From NCBI GenBank assembly GCA_965199955.1, contig CBDATQ010000001.1, positions 672,001-736,000 on the forward strand: a stretch of 64,000 bases of DNA, written 5' to 3'. Shown in pieces: positions 1-11,812 of the stretch. The translations under genes were made by a program, and so were the position numbers. The stretch comes from Spirochaetia bacterium (GTDB taxonomy: Bacteria > Spirochaetota > Spirochaetia > SZUA-6 > Bin103). The first letter of the stretch is position 1. Every line of letters starts with the position of its first letter. The notes under the pieces were generated by a model, which did no database searches, was not told the DNA's origin, and saw nothing but the letters and a program-made list of their open reading frames with translations.

Positions 1-1810
<1,810 letters not shown>

Positions 1811-1822
1811 GGGGCTGTTCAG

Positions 1823-1852
1823 AACCTACGTGCGGACTCGCCGACCGGTCAA
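1823..1852 (-). promoter_or_regulatory. Putative sigma70-type promoter for clpB
   Basis: Minus strand TTGACC-N18-TAGGTT, ending 12 nt before the ATG. Confidence 0.45.
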
Positions 1853-1895
1853 AATTCGCCCGTGCGCCCCGTCACGGTCCCCGCCGGCACCAGTA

Positions 1896-2022
1896 GTACC
1901 CCATCAAACGGTAGTTTTGGGGGTGCGTGCCACGGAAACTCGACCTTGTGCGCGCTGTTCCAGCGCGCTTGAAGCCCGTGTAGCCACCTATGTCAACCGT
2001 CGACATCGGTTTGATGGGGTAC
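1896..2022. repeat. Perfect 14-bp inverted repeat pair in the clpB/nqrA divergent spacer
   Basis: GTACCCCATCAAAC (1896-1909) and GTTTGATGGGGTAC (2009-2022), 99 bp apart. Confidence 0.85.
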
Positions 2023-2025
2023 CAG

Positions 2026-2054
2026 TTGACAGCCTCCATTCCGTTTCTTAGTGT
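2026..2054 (+). promoter_or_regulatory. sigma70-type promoter for the nqr operon
   Basis: TTGACA-N17-TAGTGT. Confidence 0.65.
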
Positions 2055-2162
2055 CCGCGCGGCGTCTACGGCGTTGTATCCCCGCTCACAAGAGGTACCC
2101 TTGGGCACGACCGCCCACCAGCACCTGCGAGGGACAGCCGCGTGCGCCGACGAGTACATCCG

Positions 2163-3515
2163 GTGAATCGAACAATCAAACGCGGATACGACATACGTCT
2201 GGCCGGCCGGCCGGATGACGCGGTCATCGACGCTCCTCTGCCGTCGGCCGTTGCCATCAAGCCGCCGGACTTTCGCGGCATCATCGCCCGACCGGACGTG
2301 CAGCCCGGCGACGCGGTGAAGGTGGGCTCGCCCCTGTTCCATGACAAGGAGCACGAGGACTTCCTGTTCACCTCGCCGGTTTCCGGCACGGTCGCGGAGG
2401 TGGAGCGCGGTGCGCGCCGCGCCATCCAGAAGGTGGTGGTCTCATCGGACGGCCGCCAGGACGCGCTGGCACTCGACCCGCCGGCGCTGGCATCGGCCGA
2501 TCGCGGCCAGGTGCTCGATGCCCTGGGGCGCAGCGGCCTGCTGGCGGCCATCACCCAGCGGCCGCTGGCCGTGGCTCCCGACCCGACGGTGGCCCCGCGC
2601 GACATCTTCGTGCCGGCCGTCGACACGGCGCCGCTGGCCGCCGACTGCGCGCTGTTGCTGCGCGGCTCGGAGGACGCGTTCCGCACCGGGCTGCAGGCGC
2701 TGTCCCGCCTCACGGACGGACACGTCCACCTCTGCACCGACGGAGCGCTGGAGCTGCCGGAAGTGGAGAACGTCGACCGGCTGGAGCGGCACGTGTTCCG
2801 CGGCCCGCATCCGGCCGGCAACGCGGGCGTGCACATCCACCACATTGCCCCGATCGCGAACCGCACCGACGCGGTGTGGGTCTGTCCGCTGCAGGGCGTG
2901 ATCCTGATCGGCCGCCTGTTCGAAGAGGGACGCCTGGTGCCGGACATCGTGGTGGCCTCCACGGGCAGTTCGGCGCCGCGCCATACGCACGTGCGCACGG
3001 TGCTCGGCGCGCCGGTCGAGGCGGTCACCGGCGGGCGCGTCGACCACGAGGCGCGCTACATCGCGGGCAACCCGCTCACCGGAATCCCCGTCGGACCGGA
3101 CGGATTCCTGGGCTTCATGGACACCTCCGTGACCGTGCTGCCGGAGCACCATGGCCACAAGCTGATGGGCTGGGCGATGCCGAGGCTCGGCACCGCCAGC
3201 CGCTCGCGGACTTTTCCGTCGGCGTGGCTGCCGGCCCTGTTCGGCCGCAACGGATTCACCGCCACCACCGAGTTGCACGGCGGGGAGCGCGCCTTCATCG
3301 CCACCGGCATCTACCGCGACGTGCTGCCGATGGACGTCTTTCCCGAATTCCTGATGAAGAGCATCCTGGCCGACGACATCCCGGAGATGGAGGGGCTCGG
3401 CATCTACGAGCTGGCCGAGGAGGACGTGGCCCTGTGCGAGTACATCTGCCCTTCGAAGATCCGCTGGCAAGAGATCCTGCGGCGCGGGCTCGACCTGATT
3501 CAGCGCGAAGCGTGA
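2163..3515 (+). CDS. nqrA: Na+-translocating NADH:quinone reductase subunit A
   Basis: IKRGYDIRLAG N-terminus, GPHPAGNAGVHIHHI, EEDVALCEYICPSK C-terminus; first gene of the six-gene cluster. Start is GTG 2163 or 2142. Confidence 0.93.
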   Translation: MNRTIKRGYDIRLAGRPDDAVIDAPLPSAVAIKPPDFRGIIARPDVQPGDAVKVGSPLFHDKEHEDFLFTSPVSGTVAEVERGARRAIQKVVVSSDGRQDALALDPPALASADRGQVLDALGRSGLLAAITQRPLAVAPDPTVAPRDIFVPAVDTAPLAADCALLLRGSEDAFRTGLQALSRLTDGHVHLCTDGALELPEVENVDRLERHVFRGPHPAGNAGVHIHHIAPIANRTDAVWVCPLQGVILIGRLFEEGRLVPDIVVASTGSSAPRHTHVRTVLGAPVEAVTGGRVDHEARYIAGNPLTGIPVGPDGFLGFMDTSVTVLPEHHGHKLMGWAMPRLGTASRSRTFPSAWLPALFGRNGFTATTELHGGERAFIATGIYRDVLPMDVFPEFLMKSILADDIPEMEGLGIYELAEEDVALCEYICPSKIRWQEILRRGLDLIQREA

Positions 3516-3573
3516 CGGTGACATGAAGCGACCGGAAGGTACGGACCCGGGACACGAGAACGGATCGGCAAGC

Positions 3574-4743
3574 ATGATCGACAAGCTGATCCACAAGGCG
3601 GAGGCGCACTTCGAGGAAGGCGGCAAGTTCCACCGGCTGTACTACGTGTTCGACATGTTGAAGTCCATGCACTTCTCCCTGCCGACGCGCACGCAGGGCG
3701 GGGTGCACATCCGCGACGGCATCGACGTGCGGCGCATGATGGCCACGGTCATCATCGCCCTGATCCCGCCGCTGCTGTACGGCATGTACAACATCGGCTT
3801 TCAGAACCTGGTGGCCTTGGGCACCGATCCGGCGGCGGTCCCGATCGGGCGGGCGTTCGGGATCGGCCTGCTCAAGATGCTGCCGATCCTGGCGGTCACC
3901 TACGTCGTCGGCGGCGCCTGGGAGGCGCTGTTCGCGGTCGTGCGCAAGCACGAGGTGAGCGAAGGGTTCCTGGTCACCGGCCTGCTGGTGCCGCTGATCG
4001 TGCCGCCGACCATCCCGCTCTGGCAGCTCGCCATCGCCACCTCCTTCGGGGTGGTCATCGGCAAGGAGATCTTCGGCGGCACCGGCATGAACATCTTCAA
4101 CCCGGCGCTGGTGATCCGGGCGTTCCTGTTCTTCGCCTATCCCGTGCAGATCTCCGGTGACCTGGTGTGGGTGGCCGTCGACGGCCACACCGCGGCGACA
4201 CCGCTGGCGGTGATCGCCGAGGGGGCCCTGGAGACCGGCGACGTCCTGACCGAGCTCACCGCCGCCGGCTTCACGTGGTGGAACATGTTCGTCGGCTCCA
4301 TCCCCGGCAGCATCGGGGAGACCTCGGCCCTCGCCATCCTGCTCGGTGGCGTGCTGCTGGTGGCTGCCGGCGTCGGAAGCTGGCGCGTGATGCTCTCCAT
4401 GCTGCTGGGCGGGATCGTCATGGCGCTGCTGCTCAACCTGGTCGCCCCGAGCCCGGCCAGCTTCGCCGCGCTGCCGGCGCACTACCACCTGGTGATGGGC
4501 GGCTTCGCGTTCGGCCTGGTCTACATGGCGACCGACCCGGTGTCGGCCGCCGCCACCAACACCGGCAAGTGGATCTACGGCGCCATCGTCGGCGCGCTGT
4601 CGATCCTGGTACGGACCGTTAACCCGGCCTACCCCGAGGGCGTGATGCTGGCGATATTGTTCATGAACATGTTCGCACCGCTCATCGACTACTACGTGGT
4701 CAAGGCCAACATGCGGCGGAGGCTGGCACGTGCAGCACAGTAA
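3574..4743 (+). CDS. nqrB: Na+-NQR subunit B
   Basis: HIRDGIDVRRMM, GKEIFGGTGMNIFNPAL, FMN-Thr site DGHTAATPL, YPEGVMLAILFMN. Start is ATG 3574 or 3523. Confidence 0.95.
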   Translation: MIDKLIHKAEAHFEEGGKFHRLYYVFDMLKSMHFSLPTRTQGGVHIRDGIDVRRMMATVIIALIPPLLYGMYNIGFQNLVALGTDPAAVPIGRAFGIGLLKMLPILAVTYVVGGAWEALFAVVRKHEVSEGFLVTGLLVPLIVPPTIPLWQLAIATSFGVVIGKEIFGGTGMNIFNPALVIRAFLFFAYPVQISGDLVWVAVDGHTAATPLAVIAEGALETGDVLTELTAAGFTWWNMFVGSIPGSIGETSALAILLGGVLLVAAGVGSWRVMLSMLLGGIVMALLLNLVAPSPASFAALPAHYHLVMGGFAFGLVYMATDPVSAAATNTGKWIYGAIVGALSILVRTVNPAYPEGVMLAILFMNMFAPLIDYYVVKANMRRRLARAAQ

Positions 4744-5467
4744 GCCCTACAGCATCGGCTTCATCCTGATCATCACCGCGCTCTTCGGCCTGCTGCTGGC
4801 GCTGGCGGCCAGCGCCCTGCGCGAACGCCAGCAGTTCAACGAGGAAGTGAACGTCAAGCGCAACATCCTGATGGCGGTCGGCGTGCTGGACCGCGACCGG
4901 GAGATGGAGCTGGACGAGATCGACGCCATGTACCGGGAGTCGGTGGAGAGCTTCGCGGTCGACGCGGAGGGCACGATCGTCGAAGGGGTGTCCGGCGAGT
5001 CGCTCGACCTGGAGGTGGTGCTTCAGAATCCCGACACCGGCCAGCACCAGTATCCGGTGTTCGTGGCAATGGATGCGGGCGGCAGCACCGTGTACGCGAT
5101 CCCGGTGTTCGGCAAGGGGCTGTGGTCCACGCTGTACGGCTACCTGGCCCTGGAGGCCGACCTGGAGACGGTGCGGGGCATGACGTTCTACGCGCATGGA
5201 GAGACGCCCGGCCTGGGCGCCGAGATTGAGCAGGCGTGGTTCCAGGACAACTTCGTCGGCAAGAAGATCTACGACGCGGGTGCGTTGCGCACGATCCAAG
5301 TCGTCAAGGGAACCGTGGAGAACCGGATACAGGATCCCGGCGACCGCGACTACTACGTGGACGGCATCAGCGGGGCGACCATCACCGGCCGCGGGGTCAG
5401 CAACCTGCTTGAAACGAAAGTGGCCTTGTACGAACCTTTCTTCAGACGGATTCGCGCGGGAGGATGA
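4730..5467 (+). CDS. nqrC: Na+-NQR subunit C
   Basis: N-terminal TM helix, GKGLWSTLYGY, HGETPGLGAEI, FMN site DGISGATIT. Confidence 0.95.
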   Translation: MQHSKPYSIGFILIITALFGLLLALAASALRERQQFNEEVNVKRNILMAVGVLDRDREMELDEIDAMYRESVESFAVDAEGTIVEGVSGESLDLEVVLQNPDTGQHQYPVFVAMDAGGSTVYAIPVFGKGLWSTLYGYLALEADLETVRGMTFYAHGETPGLGAEIEQAWFQDNFVGKKIYDAGALRTIQVVKGTVENRIQDPGDRDYYVDGISGATITGRGVSNLLETKVALYEPFFRRIRAGG

Positions 5468-5508
5468 CGTGCGGGAGGATGAGGAGCTCGACATGAGAGG
5501 AGGGACCC

Positions 5509-6186
5509 ATGGCTGACGCCGCTGTCGCACAGGGAACACGCACCGCGGAACGTGAACCGCTGTTCTCGGCCAAGAACCGCAAGGCGTTTCGCGACCCGCT
5601 GATCGACGACAACCCGATCGCGACCCAGGTACTGGGCATCTGCTCCGCCCTGGCGGTGACCACCCAGGTGAAGCCGTCGGTGGTGATGGGCATCTCGGTC
5701 ACCTTCGTGATCGTCATGTCCAACGTGATCATCTCCGTGCTGCGCAAGCTCATTCCCTACAACGTGCGCATCGTCGTGGAGATGACCGTGATCGCGTCGC
5801 TGGTGATCCTGGTGGACCAGGTGCTGAAGGCGTACGCCTTCGACGTGTCGCGGCAGCTCTCCGTGTTCGTCGGCCTGATCATCACCAACTGCATCATCAT
5901 GGGCCGCCTCGAGGCGTTCGCGATGGCCAACAGGCCGTGGCCGTCGCTCCTGGACGGCCTGGGCAACGGCCTTGGCTACGCGGCGGTCATCGTCATCGTC
6001 GGCTTCTTCCGCGAGCTGCTGGGCGCCGGCAACCTCTACGGCGTGCAGGTGGTTCCGCAGTTCCTGTACGACTCCGGGTTCGTCAACAACGGCCTGATGG
6101 CGCTGCCGCCGGGGGCGTTCTTCCTGCTCGGGTTGCTCATCTGGGTTCAGCGGCTGATCGCCAAGGACGCTCAGGAGGACGGCTAG
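5509..6186 (+). CDS. nqrD: Na+-NQR subunit D
   Basis: NPIATQVLGICSALAVT, SVFVGLIITNCIIMGRLEAFA. Confidence 0.96.
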   Translation: MADAAVAQGTRTAEREPLFSAKNRKAFRDPLIDDNPIATQVLGICSALAVTTQVKPSVVMGISVTFVIVMSNVIISVLRKLIPYNVRIVVEMTVIASLVILVDQVLKAYAFDVSRQLSVFVGLIITNCIIMGRLEAFAMANRPWPSLLDGLGNGLGYAAVIVIVGFFRELLGAGNLYGVQVVPQFLYDSGFVNNGLMALPPGAFFLLGLLIWVQRLIAKDAQEDG

Positions 6187-6189
6187 GCC

Positions 6190-6801
6190 ATGGCGCTGAT
6201 CAACCTGGCCGTCAAGGCCATCTTCGTCGAGAACATCCTGCTGGCCTTCTTCCTGGGCATGTGCTCGTTCCTGGCCGTCTCCAAGCAGGTGAAGACCGCG
6301 GTCGGGCTGGGCTTCGCGGTCATCTTCGTGCTCGGCATCACCGCGCCGATCAACTGGGCCGTACACGAGTACCTGCTCAAGGACGGCGCCCTGGGCTGGG
6401 TCAGCCCCCAGATGGCCGACGTCGACCTCAGTTTCCTGAACTTCGTCGCCTTCATCGCGGTCATCGCCGTCATGGTGCAGCTCGTGGAGATGGTGATCGA
6501 GAAGACCTCGACCGGCCTGTACACGGCGCTCGGCATCTACCTGCCGCTGATCACGGTCAACTGCTCCATCCTGGGCGGATCGCTGTTCCTGGTGGAGCGC
6601 AACTACACGTTCCTGGAGTCGACCGTGTTCGGGCTGGGATCCGGCATCGGCTGGATGCTGGCGATCGTCGCCCTGGCCGCGATCCGGGAGAAGATCCGCT
6701 ACTCCAACGTACCGGCGGCCCTGCGCGGGCTGGGCATGACCATGTTGTTGACCGGGCTGATGTCGATTGCGTTCATGAGCTTCGCCGGCATCACGCTGTA
6801 G
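6190..6801 (+). CDS. nqrE: Na+-NQR subunit E
   Basis: [46 protein letters not shown]. Confidence 0.96.
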   Translation: MALINLAVKAIFVENILLAFFLGMCSFLAVSKQVKTAVGLGFAVIFVLGITAPINWAVHEYLLKDGALGWVSPQMADVDLSFLNFVAFIAVIAVMVQLVEMVIEKTSTGLYTALGIYLPLITVNCSILGGSLFLVERNYTFLESTVFGLGSGIGWMLAIVALAAIREKIRYSNVPAALRGLGMTMLLTGLMSIAFMSFAGITL

Positions 6802-6838
6802 CGGAACGTTCGCAGGCACTCACACAGGAGGAACCGCC

Positions 6839-8074
6839 GTGGCAGTCGTGATCGGCAGCGTCATCGTTTTTCCCGTCGTCATCGTCGCGCTCACCCTCGC
6901 GCTGATGGCGGCGGAGAGCCGCCTGAAGCCGAAGGGGAAGGTGAAGATCACCATCAACGGCGATCCGGAGAAGGCCATCGAGACCCAACCGGGCGACACG
7001 CTGCTGTCGACGCTGTCGGGTGCCGGCGTGATGTTGCCGTCGGCGTGCGGAGGCGGCGGCACCTGCGGCGTGTGCAAGTGCCAGGTGACCGCCGGCGGGG
7101 GCGACATCCTGCCGACCGAGCAGTCGCACATCAACTACCGCGAGTCCAAGGAGGACTGGCGGCTGTCCTGCCAGGTGAAGGTCCGGGAGGACATGGAGAT
7201 CACCGTCCCGGACGAGGTGTTCTCGATCAACAAGTGGGAGTGCGAGGTCATCGGAAACAAGAGCGTGGCCACGTACATCCGCGAGTTCACGCTGAAGCTG
7301 CCGGAGGGCGAGAACCTGGACTTCCAGTCGGGCGGCTACATCCAGATCGAGGTGCCGCCGTTCGAGGCCGACTTCAAGAACTTCGACATCGAGGACGAAT
7401 ACCTGGAGGAGTGGACGCAGCTCGGCGTCCTGGACTTGCACACCAAGAACACGGAGACGGTGTCGCGGGCGTACTCGATGGCCAACCATCCGGCGGAAGG
7501 CAACATCGTGATGCTGAACATCCGCATCGCCACGCCGCCGGTGGACCGCGAGAAGCGGGCGTTCATGAACGTGATGCCCGGCGTGGCCTCCAGCTACGTG
7601 TACGACCAGAAGGTCGGCGACAAGGTCACCATCTCCGGGCCCTACGGCGAGTTCTTCATGCAGGAGACCGACCGGGAGATGTGCTACATCGGCGGCGGCG
7701 CCGGCATGGCGCCCCTGCGCTCGCATATCTTCCACCTGTTCCACACGCTGAAGACCGGCCGCAAGGTCAGCTATTGGTACGGTGCCCGCTCGCGGCGCGA
7801 GATCTTCTACGAGGACCACTTCCGCAAGATCGAGAAAGAATTCCCGAACTTCACCTTCCACATCGCCCTGTCCGAGCCGCTGCCGGAGGACAACTGGGAC
7901 GGGCCGGTCGGCTTCATCCACCAGGTGGTCCAGGAGCATTACCTGGAGAGCCATGACGCCCCGGAGGACATCGAGTACTACCTGTGCGGTCCGCCGCTGA
8001 TGCTTAACGCGGTCCGCAAGATGCTGGACGACCTCGGTGTCGAGCCGGAGATGATCCGTTTCGACGAGTTCTAG
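6839..8074 (+). CDS. nqrF: Na+-NQR subunit F
   Basis: 2Fe-2S motif [12 protein letters not shown]...[27 protein letters not shown]. Confidence 0.96.
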   Translation: MAVVIGSVIVFPVVIVALTLALMAAESRLKPKGKVKITINGDPEKAIETQPGDTLLSTLSGAGVMLPSACGGGGTCGVCKCQVTAGGGDILPTEQSHINYRESKEDWRLSCQVKVREDMEITVPDEVFSINKWECEVIGNKSVATYIREFTLKLPEGENLDFQSGGYIQIEVPPFEADFKNFDIEDEYLEEWTQLGVLDLHTKNTETVSRAYSMANHPAEGNIVMLNIRIATPPVDREKRAFMNVMPGVASSYVYDQKVGDKVTISGPYGEFFMQETDREMCYIGGGAGMAPLRSHIFHLFHTLKTGRKVSYWYGARSRREIFYEDHFRKIEKEFPNFTFHIALSEPLPEDNWDGPVGFIHQVVQEHYLESHDAPEDIEYYLCGPPLMLNAVRKMLDDLGVEPEMIRFDEF

Positions 8075-8108
8075 GGGGCAGCCGTCCCGGCCGGGCGGTG
8101 CCGACGCC

Positions 8109-8972
8109 ATGATCCTGACGCGAATCTACGCGGCGTTGCGCGCGGACCTCGACGCGACGGGCAGCGAGCTGGATCGGCAGATCGGTTCGGTGGTCGCCGA
8201 GCGCCGCGAGCTCGGCGGGCAGTACGAGCGGCTGCGAGCGCTGATCGAGCAGCTCCGCTCCGTGCGCGGCAAGCTGTTGCGCCCGGTGCTGGTGCTGCTG
8301 GCGGCGCGATCCGCTGGTGCGGCTTCGTCACGCGCGGTGATCCAGCTCGCGGCGGCCACCGAGCTCCTGCACTCGGCTTCGCTGGTTCACGACGACATCG
8401 TCGACGAGACCGAGGTGCGGCGCGAGCAGGTAGCCGTGCACAAGCGGTTCGGCACGCAGATGGCCGTGCTGATCGGTGACGTCCTGTACGCTCAGGTCTT
8501 CACCGTCATCGCCCGGTTGCCGGTCTCGGACGCGGCGCGCGTGGCGCTTTTCGAGCGCTTCTGCTCGATCACCCGCGACATGTGCCTCGGCGAGATGGTG
8601 CAACAGGGCGCGTTGCGAGGGGAGTTGCCGGCCCGCGAGCGGCTCTATCACGAGGTGATCGACTCCAAGACCGCCGGCCTGATGTCCGGCTGCTGCTACG
8701 GCGGCGCCCTGGTCGCCGGCGTCAGCGCGGAGCGGGCGGACGCGTACGCGCGCTTCGGCCGCGCCTTCGGCATGGTGTTCCAGCTGATCGACGACTACCT
8801 GGACGGCGACGCGGTCTATGGCGACCGCGCGGCGCTGCCCGGCCAGGCACGCCGGAGCGCCGAGGATGCGCGCGCCGAGTTGGACGGGTTCGAGCCCGGC
8901 ACTGCGACCGAGCACCTCGCGTCGCTCCTGCGCTACACGCTGGCTCGTCCCCGACACGAAGTGCTTGCCTGA
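8109..8972 (+). CDS. Polyprenyl diphosphate synthase family protein
   Basis: GKLLRP, first Asp-rich motif LVHDDIVD..RR, KT motif, second motif FQLIDDYLD; short C-terminus. Confidence 0.85.
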   Translation: MILTRIYAALRADLDATGSELDRQIGSVVAERRELGGQYERLRALIEQLRSVRGKLLRPVLVLLAARSAGAASSRAVIQLAAATELLHSASLVHDDIVDETEVRREQVAVHKRFGTQMAVLIGDVLYAQVFTVIARLPVSDAARVALFERFCSITRDMCLGEMVQQGALRGELPARERLYHEVIDSKTAGLMSGCCYGGALVAGVSAERADAYARFGRAFGMVFQLIDDYLDGDAVYGDRAALPGQARRSAEDARAELDGFEPGTATEHLASLLRYTLARPRHEVLA

Positions 8973-8989
8973 GGAAGTGCTTGCCTGAG
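8958..8989. repeat. 16-bp tandem duplication
   Basis: GAAGTGCTTGCCTGAG twice, at 8958-8973 and 8974-8989. Confidence 0.9.
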
Positions 8990-8990
8990 G

Positions 8991-9614
8991 TCAGGCCGAC
9001 AGCAGCAGGCCGGGCTTTTCCAGGAGCTCGACCAAGGCGTACACGAACGGCGTTGCGGCGGTTTCGTCCGGTACTTCCAGAGTGAGATCCAGGTGCGAGC
9101 GGGCACGGATTGCACCGTCCCGGAAGGCGGCATCCGACACCGGGCCCTCCAGGCGCAGTGTCGCCCCGCACGGCAAGGAGCCTGTGGCACCACGAGTGTC
9201 GATCCGCGCCTCGGCGGCGGCGCGCGTCAGGGCCGCGATGCCCAGGCTGCCGACATCGTCTCCGTCGGGGAGCGCCCAACGCCGCGAGCCTCTGGCCAGG
9301 CATAGCGGAGTCAGTTCCGGGCTGGCGCGAAGGGCCATGGCCGCGGCTTTGATCAGCAGCGGCGTCAGCGGCGCCTTGCGCTGACCGCTCACGGCGGCAA
9401 GCGCCGGCAGCCGATCCAGGAGATCGCTCAGGTCTGCACGTGCCGTAACCGGTGGCAGCGTGCCGCGTGCGGAATGCCGGGCAGCGGCTGCTGCCCGCCG
9501 CACGTCGTCGAGGGTGACGCGTCCGCGCCGGCCGCTTCCGCGCGTGCGCCGCACGTCGACGCCGTGCTCTCGCGCCAGGCGTCTCGCGGCCGGCCCCGCA
9601 GTGGGCATGATCAT
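8991..9614 (-). CDS. E3-binding (peripheral subunit-binding) domain protein with a degenerate 2-oxoacid dehydrogenase E2 catalytic region
   Basis: GPAARRLAREHGVDV...GSGRRGRVTLDDV (PSBD), E2-like LLIKAAAMALRASPEL and LVELLEKPGLLL; no lipoyl domain and no HxxxDG. Confidence 0.65.
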   Translation of the reverse strand: MIMPTAGPAARRLAREHGVDVRRTRGSGRRGRVTLDDVRRAAAAARHSARGTLPPVTARADLSDLLDRLPALAAVSGQRKAPLTPLLIKAAAMALRASPELTPLCLARGSRRWALPDGDDVGSLGIAALTRAAAEARIDTRGATGSLPCGATLRLEGPVSDAAFRDGAIRARSHLDLTLEVPDETAATPFVYALVELLEKPGLLLSA

Positions 9615-9640
9615 CGCAACGCCGCTTCCGGGCTCGACGT

Positions 9641-10078
9641 TCAGAGCAAATCGGCTGCCGAGAAGAAGAAGCCCACCTCGGCCGCGGCGTTCTCCGGCGA
9701 ATCCGATCCGTGCGTGGAGTTGCGTTCGATCGAGCTGCCGAACCGGGCCCGAACCGTGCCTTCGTCGGCCTCTTCCGGGTTGGTGGCGCCCATCAGCGCG
9801 CGCCAGGCGGCCACCGCGTCGCCGCGTTCCAGGGCGGCCACGACGACCGGCCCGGAGGTCATGAACTCCACCAGGCTGTCGTAGAAGGGTCGCTCGGCGT
9901 GCACGGCGTAGAACGCGCGTGCCTGCGGGATCGACAGTCGCGTCATGCGCAGGGCGCGAAGCGTGAAACCGCCGTGCTCGATCATCTCGACGATGGCGCC
10001 GGTGTGTCCGGCCGCGACGGCGTCGGGCTTCACGATGGCGAGGGTGCGGGTGGGGGTTGGTGTATCGTTCTGGTTCAT
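9641..10078 (-). CDS. ndk: Nucleoside diphosphate kinase
   Basis: RTLAIVKPDAV, FYAVHAERPF, RNSTHGSDS active-site His. Confidence 0.96.
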   Translation of the reverse strand: MNQNDTPTPTRTLAIVKPDAVAAGHTGAIVEMIEHGGFTLRALRMTRLSIPQARAFYAVHAERPFYDSLVEFMTSGPVVVAALERGDAVAAWRALMGATNPEEADEGTVRARFGSSIERNSTHGSDSPENAAAEVGFFFSAADLL

Positions 10079-10124
10079 GGTCTGGCGGAACCGTAGCACG
10101 AACGGGACAGATTTCGGAAGCATG

Positions 10125-10171
10125 CCTACATTAATGTAGGTTCGGCGGCGGAGAGCCTACCGAAACGTAGG
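10125..10171. promoter_or_regulatory. Two palindromic CCTAC-N6-GTAGG sites, putative enhancer of glnA
   Basis: CCTACATTAATGTAGG (10125-10140) and CCTACCGAAACGTAGG (10156-10171), 31 bp apart, upstream of a sigma54-like promoter. Confidence 0.75.
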
Positions 10172-10203
10172 ACAGGTGAAGGTCTGAGGGGCTCTTTGCC
10201 TAT

Positions 10204-10219
10204 TGGCATGATTTCTGTT
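10204..10219 (+). promoter_or_regulatory. sigma54-like -24/-12 promoter of glnA
   Basis: TGGCATGATTTCTGTT against consensus TGGCACG-N4-TTGCW; the -12 element reads GT instead of GC. Confidence 0.6.
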
Positions 10220-10244
10220 TATAAAACGGCGGAGAGGAGGGTTC

Positions 10245-11669
10245 ATGAAGGAACTCAAAACGGTTTCAGACGCACTGAAGCTGATTCAAGACGAAAACGT
10301 GGAGGTCGTCGACCTGCGGTTCATCGACTTCCCGGGCATCTGGCAACATTTTTCGGTTCCGGCGCGCTCGCTGGACGTCGACGACTTCGAGAGTGGCTTG
10401 GGGTTCGATGGATCGAGCATTCGCGGCTGGCAGTCCATCAACGAGTCCGACATGCTGATCGTGCCGGATCCGTCGACCGGCTTCATCGATCCGTTCATGG
10501 CTCGCAAGACGCTGGTATTCGTCTGCGACATCCGCGATCCGATCACGGGTGAGGACTATACGCGCGACCCGCGCCACATCGCGCGCAAGGCGGTGTCCTA
10601 CCTGGCGTCCACCGGCCTCGGCGACACGGCGTTCTTCGGGCCGGAGGCGGAGTTCTTCGTCTTCGACGACATCCGCTTCGACCAGAACGAGCACTCGGGC
10701 TTCTACTACATCGACTCCGAGGAAGGGCGTTGGAACGCCGGCCGGGACGAGCAGCCCAACCTGGGCTACAAGCCCCGCTACAAGGAAGGGTACTTCCCGG
10801 TGCCCCCGACCGATTCGCAGCAGGACCTGCGCAGCGAGATGATGCTGATCATGGAGGAGATCGGCGTGTCGGTCGAAGCCCAGCACCACGAGGTCGCCAC
10901 CGGCGGACAGGGCGAGATCGACATGCGCTTCGCCCCCATGGTGGAGATGGCCGACCGGATGATGAAGTACAAGTACGTCGTCAAGAACACCGCGCGGCGC
11001 TACAACAAGACGGCCACCTTCATGCCGAAGCCGCTGTTCAACGACAACGGCACCGGCATGCACACGCACCTGTCGATCTGGAAGGGCGAGGAGAACCTGT
11101 TCGCCGGCGACGGCTACGCGGGCCTGTCGGAAATGGCGCTGAACGCCATCGGCGGTATCCTCCGCCACGCGCCGGCGCTGCTGGCGTTCACCAACCCGTC
11201 GACCAACAGCTACAAGCGGCTGGTTCCCGGGTTCGAGGCGCCGGTCAACCTGGCCTACTCGCGCCGCAACCGCAGCGCCGCGGTGCGCATCCCGATGTAC
11301 TCGAACTCGCCGAAGGCGAAGCGGGCCGAGTTCCGCTGTCCCGATCCGTCGGCCAATCCGTACCTGGCGTTCGCGGCGCTCCTGATGGCCGCCGTCGACG
11401 GCATCATGACCAAGGCCGATCCCGGCGAGCCGCTGGACCGCGACCTGTACGACCTGCCGCCGGAGGAGCTGGCCAAGGTGCCGACCACCCCCGGTTCGCT
11501 GCGAGAGGCGCTGGGCGCGCTGGCCGACGACCACGAGTTCCTGACCAAGGGCGATGTCTTCACCGAGGACGTGATCGAGACGTGGATCGACTACAAGATC
11601 GAGAACGAGGTCCAGGAGATGGATCTGCGTCCGCACCCGTGGGAGTTCGCGCTCTACTACGACATTTGA
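10245..11669 (+). CDS. glnA: Glutamine synthetase type I
   Basis: [43 protein letters not shown], adenylylation motif DLYDLP (Tyr codon 11448-11450); RBS GAGGAGG. Confidence 0.98.
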   Translation: MKELKTVSDALKLIQDENVEVVDLRFIDFPGIWQHFSVPARSLDVDDFESGLGFDGSSIRGWQSINESDMLIVPDPSTGFIDPFMARKTLVFVCDIRDPITGEDYTRDPRHIARKAVSYLASTGLGDTAFFGPEAEFFVFDDIRFDQNEHSGFYYIDSEEGRWNAGRDEQPNLGYKPRYKEGYFPVPPTDSQQDLRSEMMLIMEEIGVSVEAQHHEVATGGQGEIDMRFAPMVEMADRMMKYKYVVKNTARRYNKTATFMPKPLFNDNGTGMHTHLSIWKGEENLFAGDGYAGLSEMALNAIGGILRHAPALLAFTNPSTNSYKRLVPGFEAPVNLAYSRRNRSAAVRIPMYSNSPKAKRAEFRCPDPSANPYLAFAALLMAAVDGIMTKADPGEPLDRDLYDLPPEELAKVPTTPGSLREALGALADDHEFLTKGDVFTEDVIETWIDYKIENEVQEMDLRPHPWEFALYYDI

Positions 11670-11812
11670 CGCCTGGGACAGTTCGACGCGGTTTCGGGGA
11701 TACTTGACGCGCTACGAAACCTGAGGAAACGAAGCGTCACGGCACGGTCGGTGCCCCGCTGGCACTGCGCCGGCGGGTCATCGTCCGCTGTCCCGAGATC
11801 GATGCCGAGTTC

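Noticed and set aside
2061..2162. Riboswitch (e.g. Na+-sensing) in the roughly 100-nt nqrA leader
   Set aside because: I could not match a known consensus by eye; an Infernal/Rfam scan would be needed.
2163..8074. Rnf complex instead of Nqr
   Set aside because: Gene order A-F and an NqrF with 2Fe-2S, FAD and NADH domains identify Na+-NQR.
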